Positions 30,289 through 40,772 of a stretch of 64,000 nucleotides of DNA are shown piece after piece (positions within the stretch are counted from its first letter, which is position 1; every line of letters begins with the position of its first letter). The position numbers and the translations under genes were made by a program. Under the pieces are notes generated by a model, which worked only from the letters and a program-made list of their open reading frames with translations, was not told the DNA's origin and did not search any database. Origin of the DNA: Candidatus Omnitrophica bacterium UBA6215 (lineage in GTDB: Bacteria > Omnitrophota > Gorgyraeia > Pluralincolimonadales > Pluralincolimonadaceae); assembly GCA_002421665.1 (NCBI GenBank), contig DISH01000006.1:84879-148878 (forward strand), given 5' to 3'.

Positions 30289-30486
30289 TTACCTCTTGTA
30301 TTTCTTTTTAAACTTCTCGACCCTGCCGGCGGTATCGATCAGCTTGGTTGTGCCGGTAAAGAACGGATGGCACTTCGAGCAGATCTCAACCTTGATGTTA
30401 GGTTTTACCGAGCGGGTATGTATAACTTCCCCGCAAGCACAGGTTATGGTCGTAGGTTCGTATTTTGGATGGATCTTGTCTTTCAT
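30289..30486 (-). CDS. rpmE: 50S ribosomal protein L31
   Basis: It has [21 protein letters not shown]... with the CxxC zinc ribbon. Confidence 0.9.
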   Translation of the reverse strand: MKDKIHPKYEPTTITCACGEVIHTRSVKPNIKVEICSKCHPFFTGTTKLIDTAGRVEKFKKKYKR

Positions 30487-30505
30487 TTCATCTTTCTCCT
30501 TTTTA

Positions 30506-31864
30506 TTATTTCTGCTGCATGTTCATAATGAACTCTGCGTTCGTCTTGGTCTTGCTCAGCCTGTCGACAAGCAATTCCATGGCCTCGTCGGAGTTCATCT
30601 CGTTAAGCACTTTCCTGAGTATCCATATACGCTTGATGTCCTCATCCTTCAAGAGCAGGTCCTCTTTCCTGGTATTCGACCGTTTAATGTCGATGGCAGG
30701 ATATATCCTCTTCTGGAACATGTTCCTGTCAAGCTGGAGTTCCATATTGCCGGTTCCCTTGAACTCCTCAAAGATGACCTCATCCATACGGCTGCCGGTA
30801 TCTACAAGGGCCGTAGCTATGATTGTCAGTGAACCGCCTTCCTCCACCGCCCTGGCGGCCCCGAAGAACCTCTTCGGCTTATGCAGGGCGCTGGAATCGA
30901 CACCGCCCGAAAGGATCTTTCCGCTGTGCGGGGCTACCGTATTGTAGGCGCGCGCCAAGCGGGTGATCGAGTCGAGAAGTACAACGACATCCTTCTTGTT
31001 TTCAACGAGCCTTTTAGCCTTCTCGAGCACTATTTCGGCAACCTGGATGTGCCTCTCGGCAGGTTCGTCGAAAGTGGAACTTACGACCTCTCCTTTGACC
31101 GAACGCTGCATATCGGTAACTTCTTCCGGGCGCTCATCTATAAGAAGGACTATCAGGACCACATCCGGGTAGTTCTTCATTATCGAATTGGCTATCTTCT
31201 GCAAAAGTATCGTCTTGCCGCTGTAAGGCTGGGCAACTATAAGGCCCCTTTGCCCCTTACCGATGGGCGTCAGAAGGTCCATTATCCTCATTGATACTTC
31301 ACCCGGTTCGGTCTCAAGGACATAACGTTCGTTCGCATATAACGGGGTAAGGTTATCGAACAGGGTACGTTCCTTCATTGATTCAGGGTGCTCCATGTTG
31401 ACCACCTCAACCTTAAGAAGGGCAAAATAACGTTCCCCTTCCTTGGGAGGGCGTATCTGCCCGCTCACGGTATCCCCTGTCCTCAAGTCGAACCTCCTGA
31501 TCTGGCTGGGCGAGACATATATGTCGTCCGGCGAAGGCAGGTAGTTATAATTCGACGAACGCAGGAACCCGAAGCCGTCAGGCAATATTTCAAGCACGCC
31601 CTCGCCGAACATAAAACCTTCTTTCTCGGCCTGGGCCTGGAGTATCTTGAAAATAAGGTCCTGCTTCTTGAGCCCGCTTATCGAATTGATATTGAGGTCC
31701 TTGGCGGCCTTGGTAAGCTCCTGTATCGTCATTTTCTTCAATTTGGCGATATTGAGCACAGGGCCCGGAGATTCCTTAGGCTCTGCGGCCTCCTTGATCT
31801 CCTTGGTATCCTTGTTTTCCTTGCTTGTTTGTTTTCCATTCGTTTCTTCACTGCTACTTTTCAT
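30506..31864 (-). CDS. rho: Transcription termination factor Rho with a short charged N-terminal extension
   Basis: It has Rho RNA-binding and ATPase domains with a Walker A region. The N-terminus has a ~40 aa Lys/Glu-rich insertion. Confidence 0.9.
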   Translation of the reverse strand: MKSSSEETNGKQTSKENKDTKEIKEAAEPKESPGPVLNIAKLKKMTIQELTKAAKDLNINSISGLKKQDLIFKILQAQAEKEGFMFGEGVLEILPDGFGFLRSSNYNYLPSPDDIYVSPSQIRRFDLRTGDTVSGQIRPPKEGERYFALLKVEVVNMEHPESMKERTLFDNLTPLYANERYVLETEPGEVSMRIMDLLTPIGKGQRGLIVAQPYSGKTILLQKIANSIMKNYPDVVLIVLLIDERPEEVTDMQRSVKGEVVSSTFDEPAERHIQVAEIVLEKAKRLVENKKDVVVLLDSITRLARAYNTVAPHSGKILSGGVDSSALHKPKRFFGAARAVEEGGSLTIIATALVDTGSRMDEVIFEEFKGTGNMELQLDRNMFQKRIYPAIDIKRSNTRKEDLLLKDEDIKRIWILRKVLNEMNSDEAMELLVDRLSKTKTNAEFIMNMQQK

Positions 31865-32372
31865 TCCATTCCTCCTCTTCCATAAAAACCTTGAATATTC
31901 CCCCCTCTTTTTGCGCCAAAGCCAACGCTTCTACTGCGCATCCCAGTAACTCATCCCCGGAGAAAGCGAATGAAAAATAGTTCGCGATCCCCACGGAAAC
32001 CGAGATCTTGAGTTTCTCTGAAGCGAATTCACGCGACTTTACCGCCTGCAGGATCCTGGCGCTGCGCTCCTTTGCCTCCTTTAATGTCACATCCCTTAGA
32101 AGGACCAGGAACTCATCGCCTCCAAATCTCGCAAGCAAGTCCTTTCCGCCGAGACCGCCCTTCAATAACCCGGCCAGGGACCCCAGGACTTCATTACCGG
32201 TGTTCCTTCCGTACCAGCGGTTGACGCGTTCGAGATTATCTATGTCAACAAGAAGCAATGCGACACTAGGGAGCACTCTCTTATCTTTAGAGCCGGATAT
32301 CTCGTTGTCCAGGACACCTATGATATCCTCTATTTTATTAGGGCAACCTATGCTCCCACCAGCTTCTTCCAT
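31854..32372 (-). CDS. Stand-alone GGDEF domain protein (putative diguanylate cyclase) with no sensor domain
   Basis: It has the RFGGDEF active-site motif. At 172 aa it is a GGDEF domain only. Its end overlaps the rho start by 11 nt. Confidence 0.8.
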   Translation of the reverse strand: MEEAGGSIGCPNKIEDIIGVLDNEISGSKDKRVLPSVALLLVDIDNLERVNRWYGRNTGNEVLGSLAGLLKGGLGGKDLLARFGGDEFLVLLRDVTLKEAKERSARILQAVKSREFASEKLKISVSVGIANYFSFAFSGDELLGCAVEALALAQKEGGIFKVFMEEEEWNEK

Positions 32373-32947
32373 ATCTGTCTGACCTGTTTCTCCGTGGCTA
32401 TAGGAGAGCCTCCGTTATCCACCACATAATCGGCAACTGCCACTTTCTCCTTAAGCGGCATCTGCGCGGATATCCTTTTAAGCGCTTCGCAACGGCTTAT
32501 ACCGAGCTTGCTGCACGCCCTTTCTATCTGGACGCGCCTCGGGGCTGCAACTACCACCAGTTTATCTATATATCGCCTACCGCCGGACTCCAGAAGCAGC
32601 GGCACATCAAGTACTATGATAGCGGACTTATCGGCCCTGCGTATACCGGCTGCGGCCGCGCGCATATGCCTGTATATCTCGGGATGCAATATAGCGCAAA
32701 GCCTGTCCAATTCCTTAGTATCGGAAAAGACAACCTTTCCAAGGGCTTTCCTGTCTATATACCCGTCGTGCCTCAAGACCTTATTGCCAAAAACCGAGAC
32801 TACTTTCTTCCAAGCAGGCTTTCCGGGTTCCATGATACGGTGGGATATTTCATCCGCATCTATGACAGCCGCGCCCATCCTCCTGAACATCGCGGAGACG
32901 GTGCTCTTGCCCGTACCGATACTTCCGGTAACTCCTATAACAGGCAT
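32348..32947 (-). CDS. coaE: Dephospho-CoA kinase
   Basis: It has the P-loop VIGVTGSIGTGKST. I placed the start at the internal Met (MPVIGVTG) abutting the glgA stop; the track ORF has a 32-aa non-homologous extension. Confidence 0.85.
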   Translation of the reverse strand: MPVIGVTGSIGTGKSTVSAMFRRMGAAVIDADEISHRIMEPGKPAWKKVVSVFGNKVLRHDGYIDRKALGKVVFSDTKELDRLCAILHPEIYRHMRAAAAGIRRADKSAIIVLDVPLLLESGGRRYIDKLVVVAAPRRVQIERACSKLGISRCEALKRISAQMPLKEKVAVADYVVDNGGSPIATEKQVRQIWKKLVGA

Positions 32948-32949
32948 CT

Positions 32950-34347
32950 TCAAACCAGTTTCTTGTATAATTCCAGGTATTTCTTCGCCGAACGCTGCCA
33001 CGAAAAATCGCACGCCATGGCGTTCGACACCAACTTCGTCCACAACCTCTTCTGCTTATAGACCATCAGGGCGCGCCTTACGGCGTCAAAAAGTTCCCAG
33101 GTATCATATCGACCGAAAAGGAATCCGTTGCCCTCGCCGGTCTTTATGTCAAACTCTGATATCGTATCGGCCAGCCCTCCGGTATTGCGGGCTATTGGTA
33201 TAGTCCCGTACCTGAGCGATATCATCTGCCCAAGTCCGCAGGGCTCATATCTTGACGGCATAAGGAACATGTCAGAGCCGGCATAAATCTTCTTTGCCAA
33301 AACTTCGTCAAACCTTAGGTTTATCGATGCTTTGCGGGGCATCCTCCTGCTAATCTCCCCGAACAGCCGGTGGTATTTCTCCTCGCCGGTCCCCAGGAGC
33401 ACGAATTGGACATCCATATCATCCAAGAGCCGGCTGATCATCCCGGATATGAGGTCCAATCCCTTTTGGTCCGCTAATCTGGATATCACCCCTATAAGGG
33501 GTATACCGGCCTTTACATCAAGCCCGCATTCTTTTTGGAGTAAGGCCTTGTCCATTGCCTTGCCCCCGGGCCTTGAGGCTGAAAAATGATATTTCAGTTC
33601 GGTATCTTTTGACGGGTTCCATTCGCCGTAATCGATCCCATTGAGTATCCCAAAAAGGCGGTCCCTTCTTTCCCTGAGCAACGGATCGAGCCCGCAGCCG
33701 AACTCTCCGGTCTGGATCTCCTCGGCATACGCAGGTGATACGGTATTAATGAAATCCGAAAAGACCAAACCTCCTTTCAGGAGATTCACCATATCGTAGA
33801 ACTCCAGCCTGTGCATGGTAAAATATTCCCATCCCAGTTTTATCCTCGGAAAATCGAGTTTGGGGAAAATACCCTGGTAACCAAGGTTATGGACCGTTAT
33901 CAGCGTCTTTATCCCTTTGTAAAACTTATACTTAGGCCAAAATATCTCTTTAAGATATAATGGAACAAGGGCCGTCTGCCAATCATTGCAATGTATGATA
34001 TCGGGTTTGAATTTCTTTTTTCTTATGATCTCGAGGACCTGTTTTGAAAAGAACACGAACCTGTCGAGGTTATCTCCGTAATCTTCGCCGTTCTCGGCAT
34101 ACAGGCCGTCCCGCATGAAATAACCGTCATTCTCGATGAAATATACCGGTACCTTGCCGCCCAGGGAAGCCTCATTGCCTTTGACTTTCACGCATTTGTA
34201 TTTCGGGGTCACCACCCTTATGTCGACCCCGGATTTATTGAGCGCAACGGGCAGGCTCCCGGCAACATCGGCCAGTCCGCCAGTCTTGGAATAAGGCTCT
34301 ACTTCGCTTGAGGCAAACAGCACTTTCAGTTTACTGCGCACAGCCAT
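32950..34347 (-). CDS. glgA: Glycogen synthase (ADP-glucose type)
   Basis: It has the KTGGLADV motif and a GT5 architecture. Confidence 0.9.
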   Translation of the reverse strand: MAVRSKLKVLFASSEVEPYSKTGGLADVAGSLPVALNKSGVDIRVVTPKYKCVKVKGNEASLGGKVPVYFIENDGYFMRDGLYAENGEDYGDNLDRFVFFSKQVLEIIRKKKFKPDIIHCNDWQTALVPLYLKEIFWPKYKFYKGIKTLITVHNLGYQGIFPKLDFPRIKLGWEYFTMHRLEFYDMVNLLKGGLVFSDFINTVSPAYAEEIQTGEFGCGLDPLLRERRDRLFGILNGIDYGEWNPSKDTELKYHFSASRPGGKAMDKALLQKECGLDVKAGIPLIGVISRLADQKGLDLISGMISRLLDDMDVQFVLLGTGEEKYHRLFGEISRRMPRKASINLRFDEVLAKKIYAGSDMFLMPSRYEPCGLGQMISLRYGTIPIARNTGGLADTISEFDIKTGEGNGFLFGRYDTWELFDAVRRALMVYKQKRLWTKLVSNAMACDFSWQRSAKKYLELYKKLV

Positions 34348-34348
34348 A

Positions 34349-37015
34349 TCAGGCGGCCTCCAGCCAGTTCTTTCCCGCTTTTATCTGGACCTTTACAGGA
34401 ACTTTGAGCTTAACCACTTCTTCCATCCTTGTCTTTACAAGACCTTTCATGGTTTCCAGTTCTTCTTCGGGTACCTCAAAAACAAGCTCATCGTGCACCT
34501 GCAGGATCATCTTGGACCTCAATTTCTTCTCGTCAATCAAGCGATGGATATTGATCATCGCGATCTTTATCAGATCCGCAGCTGAACCCTGTATAGGGGC
34601 GTTTATCGCAGCCCTTTCGGCAAACTGCCTGACGGAATTGTTAGTACTGTTGATCTCCGGCAGGTACCTGCGCCTGTTCAGTATCGTAGTTACGTAACCG
34701 TCCCGCCTGGCTTCCTCCACGAGACCCTCGAGGAATACCTTAACCTTGACGTATTTATCAAAATATGCGTCTATAAACTCCCTGGCCTTTGATATCTCTA
34801 TGCCGAGTTCCTTTGAAAGACCGAAAGGGCTCATACCGTATACTATCCCGAAGTTGACCGTCTTGGCTATAGAGCGCATCTCGCTGGTAACATCTTTTTC
34901 CCCGACCCCGAATATAAGTGAAGCGGTATGGGCATGTATGTCGCGGTCATTCTCGAAAGCCTTCAGAAGCTCACCATCCGAAGAAAAATGTGCGAGTATC
35001 CTCAGCTCTATCTGCGAATAATCCGCGGCCAGTATCGACCACCCCTTGTTCCCGGATACAAAAGCCTTGCGTATCTTCCTGCCCATCTCTGTCTTTACCG
35101 GGATATTCTGAAAATTTGGGTCCGAGGAACTAAGCCTGCCGGTAGCGGTTACCGTCTGGTTAAATGAAGTATGCACCCGCCCGGTCTTGCCGTTCACCAG
35201 TTCCGGCAATGCATCGACATAAGTAGATTTGAGCTTCTGGATCTCCCTGTATTTCAACAATAACACGGGTAAAGGGTGGACCGCCGACAAGGTATCCAGG
35301 ACGTCAACATCCGTTGAATGGCCCGTCTTTGTCTTCTTTACCGTCGGGAGCCCGAGTTTAACAAAGAGCACTTCGGAAAGCTGCTTAGGAGAATTGATAT
35401 TGAACTCCGTCCCTGCAGTTTCGTATATTTCCGTCGTCAATTTGTCAAGATGCTTCTCCATATCATCCGACATTTTGCCCAAGTAACCGGTATCGATAGC
35501 CACACCGGTAAACTCCATGTCCTCCAGGCAATCAACCAGCGGCATCTCGACCTCATGAAAAAGTTTTCCCATATCCTTTTCTTCAATCTGGGCATCCAGC
35601 ACTTTTTTGAGCCTGAAGGTCGCGTCGGAATCCTGGCAACAATAGTCTTTTACGCGGGCAACATCGACCTCCTTCATAGTTATCTTCTTCTTGCCCTCGC
35701 CTATAAGCTCGGTTATAGGGGTCTTCTTCAACCCCAGGTATTCCAACGATATATCCTCAAGGTTATGGTTGAATTTTGAAGGGTTTAGGATATACGAGGC
35801 TACCATAGTATCAAAGATCCGTCCTTTTATCTTTACTCCGTTTACTTCCAAAAGCAGCTTCTCATATTTTATGTTCTGGCCTATCTTCGTTATGGCCTTG
35901 TCCTCCAATACCTTTTTAAGCCGGCCGAAAACTTCCTGCTTAGGTAATCCTCCCTCCACGTCGCCAATAGGAACGTAAAAGGCGAGGCCCTCCTTCCAGC
36001 AAAAAGATACGCCCACGGGCTCGCAGGACATGGGATCCGGACCGGTCGTCTCGAAATCCAGAGCAAACTCATTTTGCGCCGACAAATCCTTTACCAGGCT
36101 CTCAAAACCGTCCCTGCCAGATACAAGCCTGTAATCACCGGATATCTTCTTGCCCGGCGAAGAGAGATCCTTCAGCAGTCTCTTGAATTCAAGTTCGTTG
36201 AATAGCTCATACAATCTTTGCCCGTCCGGCGCTTCCAGGCGGAGGGATTCAAGGTCGATCTCTATAGGCACATTGCCGTCGACTGTAGCCAGTTCCTTGC
36301 TCATGATCGCCTGTTCTCTGCCTTCCGATATTTTTTTACGCAGGCCCTCGGACTTTATGGAATTAACGCCATCCAAGACCTTTTCGAGGCTGCCAAAATC
36401 CTCCATGAGTTTCCTTGCAGTCACTTCCCCGACTCCGGTTATACCGGGAATATTGTCGGAAGCATCTCCCATAAGCGCTATGAGATCCGTTATCTTCCCC
36501 GGGAGGACTCCGTATCGCTCTTTTACCGCTTCGGCATCATATATGAGCCCTTCTTTGTGGACATTGTATACGCTGGTATGCGGCCCGACAAGCTGAAGCA
36601 TGTCCTTATCCCCCGTCACTATATAGACCTCGAAACCTTCCCTGGAAGCCCTGCCGGCGACGGTCGCCAGGATATCATCCGCCTCGTAACCCTGCATTTC
36701 AAAGATCGGTATATTATACGCCCTTACCACTTCTTTTATTATGGGCATCTGGTCTACAAGTTCTTCCGGCATCGGTTTCCGGTGTATCTTGTATTTCTCG
36801 AACTTCTTATGCCTGAAAGTCGGCCCTTTCAAGTCGAAAGCTATCGCCATATATCCGGGCTTCTCTTCCTTGACGATCTTGTTGATCATCGTGATAAACC
36901 CGTATATCGCATTCGTAGGCTGGCCTTTCGAGTTTGTCAGGGCGCGTATGGCATAAAATGCCCTGTAACAGAACGAATTGCCATCTACGAGAAACAACCT
37001 TCTTTTATCGGACAT
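34349..37015 (-). CDS. polA: DNA polymerase I
   Basis: It has 5'-3' exonuclease, 3'-5' exonuclease and Pol A palm/fingers motifs across 888 aa. Confidence 0.95.
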   Translation of the reverse strand: MSDKRRLFLVDGNSFCYRAFYAIRALTNSKGQPTNAIYGFITMINKIVKEEKPGYMAIAFDLKGPTFRHKKFEKYKIHRKPMPEELVDQMPIIKEVVRAYNIPIFEMQGYEADDILATVAGRASREGFEVYIVTGDKDMLQLVGPHTSVYNVHKEGLIYDAEAVKERYGVLPGKITDLIALMGDASDNIPGITGVGEVTARKLMEDFGSLEKVLDGVNSIKSEGLRKKISEGREQAIMSKELATVDGNVPIEIDLESLRLEAPDGQRLYELFNELEFKRLLKDLSSPGKKISGDYRLVSGRDGFESLVKDLSAQNEFALDFETTGPDPMSCEPVGVSFCWKEGLAFYVPIGDVEGGLPKQEVFGRLKKVLEDKAITKIGQNIKYEKLLLEVNGVKIKGRIFDTMVASYILNPSKFNHNLEDISLEYLGLKKTPITELIGEGKKKITMKEVDVARVKDYCCQDSDATFRLKKVLDAQIEEKDMGKLFHEVEMPLVDCLEDMEFTGVAIDTGYLGKMSDDMEKHLDKLTTEIYETAGTEFNINSPKQLSEVLFVKLGLPTVKKTKTGHSTDVDVLDTLSAVHPLPVLLLKYREIQKLKSTYVDALPELVNGKTGRVHTSFNQTVTATGRLSSSDPNFQNIPVKTEMGRKIRKAFVSGNKGWSILAADYSQIELRILAHFSSDGELLKAFENDRDIHAHTASLIFGVGEKDVTSEMRSIAKTVNFGIVYGMSPFGLSKELGIEISKAREFIDAYFDKYVKVKVFLEGLVEEARRDGYVTTILNRRRYLPEINSTNNSVRQFAERAAINAPIQGSAADLIKIAMINIHRLIDEKKLRSKMILQVHDELVFEVPEEELETMKGLVKTRMEEVVKLKVPVKVQIKAGKNWLEAA

Positions 37016-37113
37016 TGCTCAATATAGATATTCTTCTTATTATTGGGTACTTTTCCGGTGTAGGTGATATGCGGGAATACAATAAGGCGTGAACCCCAAA
37101 AATACTGGTTTGT

Positions 37114-37437
37114 CTATTCTTTGAGCTTTACAGCCGTTCCATAAGCATATACATAACCGCTGTAATTGAAGTAATTGATACCTATTACATAATCGGCTCC
37201 AAGGTCCCTCGCAGTATCCTTTAACTTGTCGTTAAGGCCGTCGAGATTCACCTCTCCTCCGCGAGCCGAGATTATCCCTATTACTTTATATGATTCCTTC
37301 AGGTCCCCAGTGGTAAGGACTATCTCTTTCTGTTTGCCGCTGGAACCCTTATTCTTGGGCATCACCTGGGCATCAATAGTCGAAACCAATACCAGCGCAG
37401 CCAGAACGGTCGCAACTATAAATATATTACGTTTCAT
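37114..37437 (-). CDS. Small secreted YbjQ/DUF74-like protein, last gene of the pilus-like cluster
   Basis: A signal peptide is followed by LGADYVIGINY...YAYGTAVKL, which resembles the YbjQ family core. It overlaps the secretin stop by 4 bp. Confidence 0.4.
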   Translation of the reverse strand: MKRNIFIVATVLAALVLVSTIDAQVMPKNKGSSGKQKEIVLTTGDLKESYKVIGIISARGGEVNLDGLNDKLKDTARDLGADYVIGINYFNYSGYVYAYGTAVKLKE

Positions 37438-38558
37438 AGTACCGGTTCTCCTCTGGAATCAAGTACCGTAGCCGTGAGGAATATCAAAAGGTTCTTCTTC
37501 GCACTGGTACTGTGATGGGTCTTGAAAAGGTCCCCTACCAGCGGGATATCTCCCAGTACGGGCACCTTTCTCTTCGTGACATCCTCAGTCTCCCTGATAA
37601 GGCCGCCGATAACGACGGTCTCTCCGCTCTTAAGTACGACAGATGTCTGTGTGGTCCTGGTATCTATTACTGGATAGCCCAGCCCGTCGGGGAACTCAGC
37701 CGCGGCAGAGATGGGCACCTGGTCGACCAGAACGCTCACTTCCGGATGTATATCCATGGTGATTATCTTGTTGTCGCCTGAAACGGTAGGAGTTACCTCA
37801 AGCATGATCCCTGTAACCTTTTCGGCAACCTTATATACCTCGACCATGATAGGCCTGCCGGTAGTACCAATATTCGTCCTCGTGAAATCGGAAGCATAGG
37901 GTACTATATTGGCAAGCTGTATGTTGGCCATCTGCCCGGAAAGCGTAGTTACCGTAGGCGACGAGAGCAGGTTTAACTTGCCTTGCTCCTCGAGGGCCTT
38001 TATATGCATTCGTATCTGGTTACCTGCGGCCGTGAAAGTACCGAGTTGTAAATCCAAACCGCCAGCTTCGTTCGTAAGCCCAAATACACCTGCGAGGTCG
38101 TTATTGGCATCGCTTCTGTCCAACATTGAATTAGAAAACATACTCACGCCGGTATTGCTAAAACGGTTATTCTTCTCCGCGGAGCGGTTGGGTCTGTACC
38201 ATTCCCATTCCACTCCAAGTTCCTCGATGTCGGTAACATCTATCTCCACGAACCTGGCCTGGATCTTCACCTGGCTGGGGCCGGTGTCCCAAAGCTCAAT
38301 AAGGTCCCTGGCCAATGTCTGGTTGGTCGGGGTATCAGTTATTGTCAAAACACCGGTGATATCATCCATGACTATCTTCCTTTCCGGATTCTCCGGCAGG
38401 GCCTGCTGAAGATAGTCTTGAATATTGTCGGCCTCTCCGCCTGACGAACTTTCTCCTGCCCCCTCGCTTTCCGCCTGGGCAAACACGTTCGATGAAACAA
38501 AGAAGGCGAAGGCTGTTAAAATCGTTGCAAATATCAAAACCCGTCCGGTCATCTTCAT
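37434..38558 (-). CDS. Short secretin (N-domain plus secretin domain), paralog 2
   Basis: It has a signal peptide, an N3-like domain IQARFVEIDV, and the secretin C-domain motif KVPVLGDIPLVGDLFKT...KKNLLIFLTATV. Confidence 0.7.
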   Translation of the reverse strand: MKMTGRVLIFATILTAFAFFVSSNVFAQAESEGAGESSSGGEADNIQDYLQQALPENPERKIVMDDITGVLTITDTPTNQTLARDLIELWDTGPSQVKIQARFVEIDVTDIEELGVEWEWYRPNRSAEKNNRFSNTGVSMFSNSMLDRSDANNDLAGVFGLTNEAGGLDLQLGTFTAAGNQIRMHIKALEEQGKLNLLSSPTVTTLSGQMANIQLANIVPYASDFTRTNIGTTGRPIMVEVYKVAEKVTGIMLEVTPTVSGDNKIITMDIHPEVSVLVDQVPISAAAEFPDGLGYPVIDTRTTQTSVVLKSGETVVIGGLIRETEDVTKRKVPVLGDIPLVGDLFKTHHSTSAKKNLLIFLTATVLDSRGEPVL

Positions 38559-39649
38559 CTTACTGCCTCCCCTCTGGCATTGATGATGCTCGCCGTGATG
38601 AAAATAAGGAGGTTCTTCTTGCGCTGGTTCTTATAATCATATTGGAACGCCTTGCCCAGGACAGGAATATCTCCCAGTACGGGTACCTTCATCTTAGTTA
38701 TAGTCTCTTCGTCCTTTATCATGCCGCCTAACACTATCGTTTGTCCGCTGTCAACAACAACACTCGTCTGGGCGGTCCTTACATCCACAACCGGCCAACC
38801 TAACGAATCAGGGATCAGCGGCACGGCATCTGTCGCGGTGACGTTTCCAAGCTGCCCGGTCTCACCGCTCGTGGTCAACGTGGATATGCTTACCTGGTCC
38901 TTAAGGATACTTACCTCGGGATGCAGGTCTAGGGTTATGGTATTGGAGCCTTCGGTCACATAGGGAGTAGCCTCAAGGAATATCCCTATGGGTTTCTCGG
39001 CCAATGTAAGTTTATAGCTCCATATAGGATCTTCTGCCGTACCTATATTCTCAAGGGTAAAATCCGACACATAGGGCTGTGTCCTTACAACCTGGATATT
39101 GGCCATCTGTCCCGCGATCGTGGTGATCTTGGGTGAAGACAAAAGGTTGGCTTTGCCCTGTTCGGCCAACGCTCTAAGATTGGCAACAAAATAATCGCCG
39201 CCCTCCAGGATCTTAAAGAGCAGCAACTGGCTGGCATAACCACCGGAAAGCGGGAACGTACCTCCCGTAGCGGTATCCCAGACAACCTGTCCCGGTCCTA
39301 CCCTACTACCCCTGAGACCCTTATTGCTGGGGTGGCCTTCGTGCATCTCATAATATTCTACGCCAAGTTCCCAGAGATCGGTGACATCGACTTCGACAAA
39401 CCTTGTCTCTATCATGACCTGTTTAGGCCCGACCTCGTACTGCTTAATAAGGTCCTTTATGAGAGATTGGTTCGTCTTCGTGTCGGTCACTGTAAGGAGC
39501 TTCGTGGCCTGGTTGTATGTTATTTTCCTGCCGTCCTGCGGCGGCAGGCTGTTCTGGAGATACTCAGCAATGGTAAGATCTTCCGAAAACGCGATAAAGG
39601 GAAGCCCCAAGAGGGAAACGACCGCTAGAATAAGGAGATTTTTTCTCAT
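38555..39649 (-). CDS. Short secretin (N-domain plus secretin domain), paralog 1
   Basis: It has a signal peptide, the N-domain LLTVTDTKTNQSLIKDLIKQYEVGPKQVMIETRFVEV, and the secretin motif KVPVLGDIPVLGKAFQY...KKNLLIFITASI. Confidence 0.7.
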   Translation of the reverse strand: MRKNLLILAVVSLLGLPFIAFSEDLTIAEYLQNSLPPQDGRKITYNQATKLLTVTDTKTNQSLIKDLIKQYEVGPKQVMIETRFVEVDVTDLWELGVEYYEMHEGHPSNKGLRGSRVGPGQVVWDTATGGTFPLSGGYASQLLLFKILEGGDYFVANLRALAEQGKANLLSSPKITTIAGQMANIQVVRTQPYVSDFTLENIGTAEDPIWSYKLTLAEKPIGIFLEATPYVTEGSNTITLDLHPEVSILKDQVSISTLTTSGETGQLGNVTATDAVPLIPDSLGWPVVDVRTAQTSVVVDSGQTIVLGGMIKDEETITKMKVPVLGDIPVLGKAFQYDYKNQRKKNLLIFITASIINARGEAVR

Positions 39650-39651
39650 GT

Positions 39652-40767
39652 CTATTCCTGTTTGGTCTCGAATTCCTTCAGTTTAACTTCCCTGGTCTTG
39701 CGTTCCGGATATTTGAGCTTGTAGGTCCTGGTTACCAAGTCTTCTCTCTGTATTACGGATTTGCTTGATACGTAGACATAATTCGGTTCTACTTTATATG
39801 CTAATTGCGTTGTCTTGAAAGCTATGTCCAATACATCAAGAAGGGGCATGGGAGTAGCCGTGCTCAAGGAAATCTTTATGGGGCTGTCTTTCGTAAGGTT
39901 TGCAAGCTCCCTTTCGTCGACAACAATTGTAACGCCCGTCATCTCCATCAACTGTCGGATCAAGTCCTGTATATCCGCATCGGTTACTGAAATCGCCGGA
40001 ACCATTACGCTGCGCATCTTGTCGACCAGGGCCTTTTTCGCTTCCTGTTCAGCTCTTTCGGCCTCAGATATAACTTCTTCTATCTGAACCTCTTCTTTAG
40101 CCGGAGGCGTAGGAGGCAACCAGCTCCTGTCTACGTCCCGCAGCGAAGCCTGTTCCGCGGTTTCCTTTTCCTCGCTTATGACCTGTCTATCTTTTATTAT
40201 ATCCTTGCGCTCCGCAAGCGTAGATTTTTCCCTGAGATAATAGTTTTCGGCTTTCTGGGCCTTCTCAAGCCAAAGGCGGGCTTCCGAATCATTCGGATTT
40301 GCCGCAAGAGCAGTCTCAAAATCGCTTACTGCCGCGGAATACTGTTTATTGACATAATTAGCCTTACCTCTCTTTACCATGGAACCCGTTACCGTTCCAG
40401 GTACGTCCTTAACTATCCCTTCCTTGCATAACTCAACGTAATGGGCCGCAGACTTGTTCCTGGGATCCATCTGTACGATCTTCTCGAACATCTGCTGGGC
40501 AGTCTCGTAATTTTTGGCTTCGTATTCTTTTTTAGCTTGGTTGAAGAGGTCTGAAATAACGGTTTTCCGTTCGCTCTTCTTTTGCTTTGCGAGGTCCTGG
40601 GCTATTATCTTGGCCTCGACGGAATCATCGGAATACGCTGAAGTACTTGCTGCGCGGGCTTCGCTTCCAGAGAAATAAAACAATGAGATAATAAAGAACA
40701 AATTAAAAGTCAGGCAAATACAAAAAAACGGCAGTACCGTTCTTTTAACCCCATTGGTAATATCCAT
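39652..40767 (-). CDS. Membrane-anchored TPR protein with a C-terminal STN / secretin-N0-like domain (pilotin or MshN/PilF-like)
   Basis: It has an N-terminal TM, TPR-like repeats (AKKEYEAKNYETAQQMFEKIVQMDPRN...) and a C-terminus ISLSTATPMPLLDVLDIAFKTTQLAYKVEPNYVYVS resembling STN/N0 domains. Confidence 0.45.
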   Translation of the reverse strand: MDITNGVKRTVLPFFCICLTFNLFFIISLFYFSGSEARAASTSAYSDDSVEAKIIAQDLAKQKKSERKTVISDLFNQAKKEYEAKNYETAQQMFEKIVQMDPRNKSAAHYVELCKEGIVKDVPGTVTGSMVKRGKANYVNKQYSAAVSDFETALAANPNDSEARLWLEKAQKAENYYLREKSTLAERKDIIKDRQVISEEKETAEQASLRDVDRSWLPPTPPAKEEVQIEEVISEAERAEQEAKKALVDKMRSVMVPAISVTDADIQDLIRQLMEMTGVTIVVDERELANLTKDSPIKISLSTATPMPLLDVLDIAFKTTQLAYKVEPNYVYVSSKSVIQREDLVTRTYKLKYPERKTREVKLKEFETKQE

Positions 40768-40772
40768 TTATA

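Noticed and set aside
32948-33043. 32-codon N-terminal extension of the coaE ORF
   Set aside because: It overlaps the glgA 3' end. The P-loop-containing conserved CoaE N-terminus begins at the internal Met (MPVIGVTG).
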